NCBI GenBank assembly: GCA_964629655.1
Contig: CAZVQU010000002.1
Location: forward strand, 443-64,442
Reading direction: 5' to 3'
Source of the DNA: an uncultured Planctomycetia bacterium
GTDB lineage: Bacteria > Omnitrophota > Gorgyraeia > Duberdicusellales > 4484-171
Length of the DNA: 64,000 bases
Shown here: positions 57,092 through 64,000 of the stretch, piece by piece
Layout of the letters: each line of letters opens with the position of its first letter
Position numbering within the stretch: the stretch's first letter is position 1
Translations under genes and position numbers: made by a program
Notes under the pieces: model-generated
Database searches by the model: none
Told to the model about the DNA's origin: nothing
What the model saw: only the letters and a program-made list of their open reading frames with translations

Positions 57092-58249
57092 GTGAAAAAT
57101 ACAAAAACACTCCTCAAAAGTTTAGATGCCCTATCAAAAATAAAGGCTCCTAATGAGCTCTTTTCCTTCATAGAGGATAAGGTCGCTCCTTTTTTTGAAT
57201 TAACTTATTTTGACATATTTGGCTTGGACAATTCAGAAACAAAGTATACCTGCATTAAGAACATTACGACAGTAAGTGATCGGCCTGAAGGCTTTGAGCC
57301 AACAAGCTTCAACCTTGATGGCCCTGTCGTAACTGACTTGCTGGATAGTCAAAAGGCTATTTCGATAGAAGAAGTAGATAAAAATCTTACAGTCGCACTA
57401 ACTGAGGAAAGGAAAACAGTCTTAATTTCTTTAAGCAAGAGATTGCAAGAGTTAAAGGCCCTGGTTTGCATTCCGGGTTTTGTTGATAATCGCTTGCTAG
57501 TTGTATTTATCTTGGGTGAAAAAATATCAGGGGGGGGATTTCTTGCTGACGAATTAGACGCACTCTCTTTACTAGCAAAAAAATCTGCAGAAATAATTCA
57601 TAATTTTAATCTACTGAAGGAGGAGACAAAACTTTTTATTCAATCTATACGCGATACGAACAAACGGTTAGAATTTAAGGACTTCTACACCCGGGGACAT
57701 TCGCATAGGGTTGGAGGGTTTTCGGTGATTATGGGCGGAAAGCTCCAATCTGAACTGGATAAGATTCCTTATGGAGAAATAATTTTGTATTATGCTGCTG
57801 AATTTCATGATGTAGGTAAAATTAACATATCCGACAACATACTTAAAAAAGGAGATGCTTTAAGCGACGAGGAATATACTGAGATTCAAAGGCACCCGAT
57901 TGAATCGGTAAAGATACTTAAACCAATGGAAAAGTGGTTTGGAAAAATAATGCTTGATGCTGTACTCTACCATCACGAGAATTATGACGGAACCGGATAC
58001 CCTCATGGGAAAAAAGGAGAAGAGATAAGTATTCTGGCTAAAATAATAAGAGTGGCTGATTCGTTTGATGCTATGGTTACGGACCGGCCGTACAGAAAGG
58101 CTTTAATCCAACATCAAGCGCTATTGGAACTTAAAAATGGCCGTGGGAAGCAGTATGACCCCAGAGTAGTTGATGCATTCTTAGAGGCATATAAAGAAGG
58201 CTTATACGCAGATATCTTTTCTCAAATAGCGAATATATCGAAAGATTAA
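57092..58249 (+). CDS. GAF-sensor HD-GYP domain phosphodiesterase
   Basis: N-terminal GAF-like region then HDVGK ... HHENYDGTGYPHG; GTG start. Confidence 0.75.
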   Translation: MKNTKTLLKSLDALSKIKAPNELFSFIEDKVAPFFELTYFDIFGLDNSETKYTCIKNITTVSDRPEGFEPTSFNLDGPVVTDLLDSQKAISIEEVDKNLTVALTEERKTVLISLSKRLQELKALVCIPGFVDNRLLVVFILGEKISGGGFLADELDALSLLAKKSAEIIHNFNLLKEETKLFIQSIRDTNKRLEFKDFYTRGHSHRVGGFSVIMGGKLQSELDKIPYGEIILYYAAEFHDVGKINISDNILKKGDALSDEEYTEIQRHPIESVKILKPMEKWFGKIMLDAVLYHHENYDGTGYPHGKKGEEISILAKIIRVADSFDAMVTDRPYRKALIQHQALLELKNGRGKQYDPRVVDAFLEAYKEGLYADIFSQIANISKD

Positions 58250-58282
58250 TAGTAAAAATAGAGTTTTAAAAAAGGAGGAGGC

Positions 58283-58597
58283 ATGGCTAAAAGAAAGGAT
58301 TCTTTAAAAGAGGTTTTCGATAAGGTATGGCCACAGGCAAAGAAAGAACTTGATAAAGGTCTGAAAAATGCAAAAAAGGTGCTGAATGAGAGCGAGAAAT
58401 ATCTTAAGGAACTTTCCGAAAAGGGTGCTGCCCAAACCAAAAAGCTGTCATTAGCACTAAAAAGAGAGAAGGCCTACTATGATTTAGGCAAAGCTGTATC
58501 AGCTGCACCTTCAACTAAGTGGAAGACTAACCGTAAAATATCTTCATTGATTAAGGAAATTAAGTGTCTCGACAAGAATGTAAGCAAAATAAAATAA
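58283..58597 (+). CDS. hypothetical K/E-rich helical protein
   Basis: 104 aa ORF with SD GGAGG; no motif. Confidence 0.45.
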   Translation: MAKRKDSLKEVFDKVWPQAKKELDKGLKNAKKVLNESEKYLKELSEKGAAQTKKLSLALKREKAYYDLGKAVSAAPSTKWKTNRKISSLIKEIKCLDKNVSKIK

Positions 58598-58667
58598 ACT
58601 ACCCCGCTGGAAAATAAAACCATCTATCGGGACAAGTCAACTACTAGTTGAAAAGGAGAAACATCTT

Positions 58668-58985
58668 ATGGAAATCAATGTCAATACCGCTAATTTCAAG
58701 AAAGAGGTTATTGATTCCGAAATACCTGCCATAGTAGACTTCTGGGCTCCTTGGTGTGGTCCTTGTCAGATGATTGCGCCTCACCTAGAGGAATTGGCTA
58801 AGGCTTATAGCGGAAAATTAAAGGTTTGTAAGCTAAATGTTGATGAAGCTCCTGAAGTCGCTACTCAGTATACAATCATGAGCATTCCGGCTATTATGCT
58901 ATTTAAGGCCGGTGATGTTATGGCTAAGCGTGTCGGGGCTATGAACAAGCAGGAATTAGAGAAGTTCATCCAGCCTTATCTTTAA
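58668..58985 (+). CDS. trxA: thioredoxin
   Basis: WAPWCGPCQMIAP active site, 105 aa. Confidence 0.9.
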   Translation: MEINVNTANFKKEVIDSEIPAIVDFWAPWCGPCQMIAPHLEELAKAYSGKLKVCKLNVDEAPEVATQYTIMSIPAIMLFKAGDVMAKRVGAMNKQELEKFIQPYL

Positions 58986-59014
58986 TATTCCCTTTACAGT
59001 CAATTAAAAAAGCC

Positions 59015-59043
59015 TTGCTATCCTGCATATAACTTGCTATAAT
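59015..59043 (+). promoter_or_regulatory. promoter for the tRNA-Met/tRNA-Val pair (TTGCTA-17-TATAAT with TGc extension)
   Basis: hexamers at 59015-59020 and 59038-59043. Confidence 0.45.
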
Positions 59044-59057
59044 TTTTATTCTTTTAA

Positions 59058-59131
59058 GGGCCTGTAGCTCAGTTGGTCAGAGCAGGACACTCATAATGTC
59101 TTGGTCCGGGGTTCGAGTCCCTGCAGGCCCA
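59058..59131 (+). tRNA. tRNA with CAT anticodon (elongator Met or Ile2/lysidine; fully paired acceptor end argues against initiator)
   Basis: acceptor GGGCCTG/CAGGCCC, anticodon loop CTCATAA. Confidence 0.8.
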
Positions 59132-59170
59132 CGGTTTGTTTTATTTACAGAATCTTGTATCAAGCGAAAC

Positions 59171-59244
59171 GCGCACATAGCTCAGTTGGTAAGAGTACTG
59201 CCCTCACATGGCAGGGGTCGCTGGTTCAAGTCCAGCTGTGCGCA
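59171..59244 (+). tRNA. tRNA-Val(CAC)
   Basis: acceptor GCGCACA/TGTGCGC, anticodon stem CTGCC/GGCAG with loop CTCACAT. Confidence 0.75.
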
Positions 59245-59288
59245 TTTGAGGAAAAAAATATTTAACTAAATAGAAAAATAAGGTTTAT

Positions 59289-60014
59289 ATGGGGTTAAAA
59301 GAAGAAGTAAGAAAGTTAGTCCAGCTACAAGAAATTGATGGCCGAATTTATAAATTGAAAGAGAAAAAAAATGAAACTTTACCGGGCCGGTTGGAAGAAA
59401 TAAAAGAGGAATTTGAGGAGACAAGCAAGAATTCTACCAGCGCTGATGAAAAGCTAAAGAGCTTGCAACTAGAAAAAAAAGATAAAGAGTTGGAATTAGC
59501 TGCCAAAGAGGAGGGGCTGAAAAAACTTCAGACTCAGCTCTATCAACTAAAAAGTAATAAAGAATACCAGGCTATGCTTAGTGAAATTGAATCACACAAG
59601 GCCGACATATCGGTAGCAGAGGAAGGCGTCTTGAAGGTAATGGATGCACTTGAGGCGGCAAAGAAAGAGTGTGCAGTTCAAAAAGAAACCTTAAGTCAAG
59701 AAGAAAAAGCTTTTAAAGAAGAAGAGGCTAAGCTTAACTCAACCATGAGAGATGCTGAGGCGGAAATCAGCAATTTCGGAACCAAAAGGGAGGCTCTTGC
59801 TGGAGGAATAGAAAAAGAAATTCTGGATAAATATGAGCGCTTGTTGAATTCGCGTCAGGGTTTGGCTTTAGTCCCGGTAGAAGGGAGTGACTGTGGAGCT
59901 TGCCATATGAGGCTTAACCATCAAAAAATAAATGAAATAAAGATGTTTGAACACCTGGTATCGTGTGATAGCTGCGTACGCATACTCTATATACCTGAGG
60001 ATATCCAAGGATGA
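59289..60014 (+). CDS. coiled-coil protein with C-terminal C4 zinc ribbon (COG1579-like)
   Basis: long heptad-repeat region then CGACHMRL...CDSC; 4-bp overlap with the RNase H gene. Confidence 0.6.
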   Translation: MGLKEEVRKLVQLQEIDGRIYKLKEKKNETLPGRLEEIKEEFEETSKNSTSADEKLKSLQLEKKDKELELAAKEEGLKKLQTQLYQLKSNKEYQAMLSEIESHKADISVAEEGVLKVMDALEAAKKECAVQKETLSQEEKAFKEEEAKLNSTMRDAEAEISNFGTKREALAGGIEKEILDKYERLLNSRQGLALVPVEGSDCGACHMRLNHQKINEIKMFEHLVSCDSCVRILYIPEDIQG

Positions 60015-60406
60015 TCAAGATTTATATTGACGGAGCTTCAATTGGTAATCCCGGAAAAAGCGGTATTGGTTATTTGATTTACCAGGGTAGTGAGATTTTA
60101 AAAAAGAAAAGTGTTTATCTTGGCATTCAGTCGAATAACTTTGCTGAATATATGGCGTTAATTTTTCCTTTAATTGATGCTATTGAACAAAATCAAAAAA
60201 CGGTCAAGGTATTTTCTGATAGTAAGCTGGTTTGTGAACAAGTTAAAGGTAATTTTAAGGTAAAAAACAAAAATATCTACCCGCTCTTTGTCTTAGCTAA
60301 GAATTTAATTTCGAAACTAGATAGCTTTGAAATTACCCACATTAATAGAGAAAATAACCAGGAAGCTGACGAATTAGCTAAAGAGGCTACCGGGTTTTTA
60401 GTTTAA
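60011..60406 (+). CDS. rnhA: ribonuclease H (RNase HI family)
   Basis: IYIDGASIGNPGKSGIGY and C-terminal NQEADELAK with DEDD residues. Confidence 0.75.
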   Translation: MIKIYIDGASIGNPGKSGIGYLIYQGSEILKKKSVYLGIQSNNFAEYMALIFPLIDAIEQNQKTVKVFSDSKLVCEQVKGNFKVKNKNIYPLFVLAKNLISKLDSFEITHINRENNQEADELAKEATGFLV

Positions 60407-60427
60407 AGCCGAATAAGGAGGTAAAAG

Positions 60428-61183
60428 ATGAGTGGACATTCCAAATGGGCAAGCATTAAGCACAAAAAAGGTGCTGCTGATGCCAAGCGAGGGCGTCTTT
60501 TTACAAAACTAATTAGGGAAATTACCGTATCTGCAAAAAATGGTGGTGGCAATCCTGACACAAACCCTAGCCTGCGAACAGCCATTACTAGGGCCAACGA
60601 TGCAAACATGCCTAAGGATAACATCACTAAGGCTATTAAAAAAGGAACCGGCGAACTTCCGGGAGTAACTTACGAGAGCTGCACTTTCGAAGGGTATGGT
60701 CCGGGTGGAGTAGCTATCCTTGTCGAAACCCTGACTGATAACAAAAATAGGTCTTCAGCAGAAATTCGTAACATTTTCTCCAAAAAAGGAGGAAATATGG
60801 CTGGAGCCGGAAGTGTTGCTTGGATTTTTACATCCAAGGGCTATATTTTAATTGATAAAGCCTCAATAAGCGAGGACGAGCTCTTTTCGGTAGCTGTAGA
60901 TGCTGGCGCTGAAGATATTAAAACTAGTGATAAAAACTATGAGATTTTTACTGGACCAAAAGATTTCGAAGCTGTCAAAGCAGCAATCGCAGCTAAAGGG
61001 ATTAAGTGGGTATCTGAAGAATTAACCAAGATACCTAACTCAACTCTTAAGGTAACCGGAAGTGACGCTAAGAGTCTCCTGTCATTGATAGAAATCTTAG
61101 AAGATCATGATGATGTTCAAACGGTTTATGCTAACTTTGATATCCCTGACGAAGTATTAGAGGAGATGGCTCAGGAAATGTAA
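60428..61183 (+). CDS. yebC: YebC/PmpR-family transcriptional regulator
   Basis: MSGHSKWASIKHKKG start and conserved three-domain layout. Confidence 0.85.
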   Translation: MSGHSKWASIKHKKGAADAKRGRLFTKLIREITVSAKNGGGNPDTNPSLRTAITRANDANMPKDNITKAIKKGTGELPGVTYESCTFEGYGPGGVAILVETLTDNKNRSSAEIRNIFSKKGGNMAGAGSVAWIFTSKGYILIDKASISEDELFSVAVDAGAEDIKTSDKNYEIFTGPKDFEAVKAAIAAKGIKWVSEELTKIPNSTLKVTGSDAKSLLSLIEILEDHDDVQTVYANFDIPDEVLEEMAQEM

Positions 61184-61184
61184 G

Positions 61185-61685
61185 ATGGTAGTTTTAGGGG
61201 TAGACGTCGGTCTGCGAACTTGCGGTTATGTTATCGCCGCAGTGAAAAATTTGGAAGTAAGCTTGATTAAGGAGGGTCAGATAAAGCCTGACCCTCGAGG
61301 AGAGCTTCCTGAAAAATTAAGTTACATCTTTGAAAATCTAAAAAAAGAGGCCCGAGAATATAAGCCTGAGGCAATTATAGTTGAAAAGCTCTACTCACAC
61401 TATCGACATCCAACGACCTTAGGCGTGTTGGCCCAAGTAAGAGGCATTGTGGTTCTTCTCTCAAAACAGGAAAAAATCGCGTTCTTTGAATATTCACCTA
61501 CTCGGGCCCGAAAGTCTTTTTTGGGTCGCGGCAATGTTAATTCGCAACAAGTAAAGAGAATGGCTGAGAATGTAACCGGAAGAAAATTTGACTCCCTGCA
61601 TACAGCTGATGCTTTTTCCTTAGTGGTTGCTTTTTCGCATGCTCAAAAATTAAATCGGCTTCTGAACAAGACTAGTTTCAATTAA
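61185..61685 (+). CDS. ruvC: Holliday junction resolvase RuvC
   Basis: VLGVDVGLRTCGY, EKLY (catalytic E), DAADA-like HTADA. Confidence 0.85.
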   Translation: MVVLGVDVGLRTCGYVIAAVKNLEVSLIKEGQIKPDPRGELPEKLSYIFENLKKEAREYKPEAIIVEKLYSHYRHPTTLGVLAQVRGIVVLLSKQEKIAFFEYSPTRARKSFLGRGNVNSQQVKRMAENVTGRKFDSLHTADAFSLVVAFSHAQKLNRLLNKTSFN

Positions 61686-61690
61686 AAGGC

Positions 61691-62299
61691 ATGATCTACC
61701 AAATTAAAGGAAGGCTGGCAAAAAAGGAAGAAAATCGAGTAGTAGTAGATGTTGCTGGTATTTTTTACGAGATAAGTGTTCCCAAGACCGTAGCTCAACG
61801 TTTAGGTAAGGATAGCGAAGAAGTTACACTAGTTATCTATCACTATTTTAAGCTTGATAAAAACCGAGGCACTCCTGTGATGGTCGGTTTTATTGAAGAG
61901 CTGGAAAGAGATTTCTTTGAAAAGTTCATAAGTGTCTCCGGAGTGGGCCCAAAAGCTGCTCTAAAGGCTTTTGATAAGCCGGTAGCAAGAATTGCCCAAG
62001 CCATAGAAGAAAATGATGATAGTTTCCTGCAGGGTCTAGCTGGGATAGGAAAACAACGGGCAAAACAAATTATTGCTCATCTCCAAGGTAAAGTCGGCAG
62101 GTTTGCTTTAATAAAAGAGGGGCAACCGCCAAGAGAACCTTTGGGCAAAGAAGTTGTTGCTGAAACCAAGGAAATTCTAAAACGTCTTCAATACAAAAGC
62201 AGTGAAGCTGATAGTATGATTAGGAAAGCCTTAGAGGGAAAACCGCAAGTCGATAGCAGTGGAGAACTGCTTAATGAAATCTATCGCCAGCGTAAGTAA
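61691..62299 (+). CDS. ruvA: Holliday junction branch migration protein RuvA
   Basis: OB-fold start MIYQIKG, two HhH motifs (VSGVGPKAALK, AGIGKQRAKQI), C-terminal RuvB-binding domain. Confidence 0.85.
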   Translation: MIYQIKGRLAKKEENRVVVDVAGIFYEISVPKTVAQRLGKDSEEVTLVIYHYFKLDKNRGTPVMVGFIEELERDFFEKFISVSGVGPKAALKAFDKPVARIAQAIEENDDSFLQGLAGIGKQRAKQIIAHLQGKVGRFALIKEGQPPREPLGKEVVAETKEILKRLQYKSSEADSMIRKALEGKPQVDSSGELLNEIYRQRK

Positions 62300-62308
62300 A
62301 GAGGTTTC

Positions 62309-62917
62309 TTGAAAATGGATACAACAAACATAAAATCAATTCTTGAAGCTTTATTGTTTATTAATGAACGTCCAATCGAAGTGGGAGAACTTACCGAGGT
62401 TTTAGAGGTTAGTCGTAAAGAGATCGAAAAATCCTTGGAGGAGCTTGCTCTTGAATACAGAGAACGTTGTTCAGGAATATGCATTGTAAAGGTTGCTGGC
62501 GGATACCAGATGTGTTCGGCACCGGATAATGACACTTGGGTTAAAAAGATGTATCAAGAGAGGGGTAAGCAAAAACTCTCCACAGCATCTTTAGAGACCT
62601 TAGCGGTAATTGCTTACAGGCAGCCAGTTACCAGAGTTGAAATTGAAGCTATCCGAGGGGTTAACGTCGACGGGGTAGCACGAAAACTCTCGGAACTTGG
62701 TTTGATAAAAATTGCCGGAAGAAAAGATGTTATTGGAAAACCCTTTCTTTACATCACCACACGAAAATTTCTGGAGTATTTCGGCATTAACACCTTGAAG
62801 GATTTGCCAAAATTAGAAGAGTTTGTAGCATTGGCCGAAAAGGATAAAATAAATACTGGAGTTGAAACCGAAGAAATTAAAACCACTATTGAAGAGGAGA
62901 AGGAGGTAACGAGATGA
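62309..62917 (+). CDS. scpB: segregation and condensation protein B
   Basis: two winged-helix domains (ILEALLF.., [22 protein letters not shown]). Confidence 0.8.
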   Translation: MKMDTTNIKSILEALLFINERPIEVGELTEVLEVSRKEIEKSLEELALEYRERCSGICIVKVAGGYQMCSAPDNDTWVKKMYQERGKQKLSTASLETLAVIAYRQPVTRVEIEAIRGVNVDGVARKLSELGLIKIAGRKDVIGKPFLYITTRKFLEYFGINTLKDLPKLEEFVALAEKDKINTGVETEEIKTTIEEEKEVTR

Positions 62918-64000
62918 AAACTTATTTTGCTTCAGAGTCAGTAACCGAGGGGCACCCTGATAAAGTTTGTGATCAAATATCCGATGCTGTATTAGATGCA
63001 GTATTGGTCAATGATAAGAGAAGCCGGGTTGCTTGCGAAGCTTTAGTTACTCGGGGTTTTGTAATGGTAGCCGGCGAAATAACTACCGATTGTTATGTAG
63101 CAATTCCCAAAATAGTTAGAGGTTTGTTAAAGGATATCGGATATGATGATCCGGCAGTAGGCTTTGATTATGAGAGTTGTGGAGTAACCACAGCTATCCA
63201 GGAGCAATCTCCGGATATAGCTTTAGGCGTGGACACCGGTGGTGCCGGCGATCAAGGCTTAATGTTTGGATTTGCAAACAATGAAACTCCTGAACTTATG
63301 CCGCTTCCCATTATGTTATCCCATAAATTAGTGAAGCGTCTTGCTCAGGTACGTAAAGAAGGGCTCATGGATTACTTACGGCCAGATGGAAAGGCTCAAG
63401 TATCAGTAGAGTATGAAAACGGCAAACCAAGGAGAGTTGATGCTATAATTATCGGTGCTCACCATACTAAAAATGCAAAGATGGATATTTTGCAAGAAGA
63501 GGTTAAGAAAATGGTGATTAAACAAATAGTACCCGAAGATATGCTCGATGCCAATACTAAATACTTTATTAACGGTACTGGACGTTTTGAAGTCGGTGGC
63601 CCAGTCTCTGATACCGGAGTAACCGGACGAAAGATCATCGTTGACACTTATGGCGGCTATGCCCGCCATGGTGGAGGAGCTTTTAGCGGTAAAGATCCTT
63701 CAAAGGTGGATCGCTCAGCCTCCTATATGTCTCGCTATATTGCAAAGAATATTGTTAAGGCTGGGATTGCTTCAGCCTGCGAGATCCAACTCTCTTATTG
63801 TATCGGCGTAGCTGAGCCGGTTTCTGTGAGCGTAAATACATTTGGAACATCTAAGGTTGATGAAGAAAAAATTTCCAAAGCCATCCGTCAAGTTTTTAAA
63901 CTTACCCCGGCTGGTATTATCGAAGAGTTAAACCTGTTGCAACCAATATACACAAAAACCGCTGCTTATGGACATTTTGGCCGTGAGGGTGAAGGATTCA
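62914..64000 (+). CDS. metK: S-adenosylmethionine synthetase (3' end beyond window)
   Basis: [41 protein letters not shown] motifs; absent from the track only because it runs off the window. Confidence 0.9.
   Translation, partial: MKTYFASESVTEGHPDKVCDQISDAVLDAVLVNDKRSRVACEALVTRGFVMVAGEITTDCYVAIPKIVRGLLKDIGYDDPAVGFDYESCGVTTAIQEQSPDIALGVDTGGAGDQGLMFGFANNETPELMPLPIMLSHKLVKRLAQVRKEGLMDYLRPDGKAQVSVEYENGKPRRVDAIIIGAHHTKNAKMDILQEEVKKMVIKQIVPEDMLDANTKYFINGTGRFEVGGPVSDTGVTGRKIIVDTYGGYARHGGGAFSGKDPSKVDRSASYMSRYIAKNIVKAGIASACEIQLSYCIGVAEPVSVSVNTFGTSKVDEEKISKAIRQVFKLTPAGIIEELNLLQPIYTKTAAYGHFGREGEGF

Overview
This is a 64-kb low-GC bacterial chromosomal window, dense with genes and mostly on the + strand. 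It opens with the 3' end of a 5S rRNA, then tRNA-Lys, archease-RtcB and serS. A second tRNA gene, tRNA-Ser(TGA), follows at 5094-5185.

The part that does not look like ordinary chromosome is an 8.2-kb block abutting the 3' end of tRNA-Ser (about 5183-13357). It carries a 490-aa large serine recombinase whose gene is flanked by perfect 34-bp inverted repeats. Next comes a 6.2-kb AT-rich cargo bracketed by perfect 177-bp inverted repeats, each containing a perfect 26-bp palindrome. The cargo is an XRE-led six-gene operon of unannotatable proteins (one with a HEPN-like Rx4H motif) and a divergent NYN-nuclease-like gene. I read this as an integrated or invertible mobile element carrying a candidate novel accessory or defence module.

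Junction analysis places the crossover at CCG|CCA. tRNA-Ser is the only one of six tRNAs here with an encoded CCA, so the CCA appears to be element-derived.

Downstream of the element lie two tandem small hydrophobic peptide genes with duplicated leaders, then a cyclase-SDR pair. A decayed signalling locus follows: an orphan REC gene, a HAMP-only membrane stub and a LuxR-HTH remnant.

Further on is a large two-component cluster: a double-Cache (dCache) histidine kinase, a hybrid kinase and two single-domain response regulators, followed by ArfB and PilZ genes. A Cas4-like nuclease sits next to a degraded island between two tRNA-Arg genes; the island includes an integrase remnant with an in-frame TGA.

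The remainder is conserved housekeeping: proC, MTAP, ileS-lspA, aroA, valS, nadC, uvrB, coaX, CIRCE-groESL, a four-subunit 2-oxoacid:ferredoxin oxidoreductase operon, two HD-GYP proteins, tmRNA, trxA, tRNA-Met/Val, rnhA, yebC, ruvCA, scpB and the start of metK. No CRISPR array was seen.

Coordinates I computed by hand may be off by 1-2 nt.
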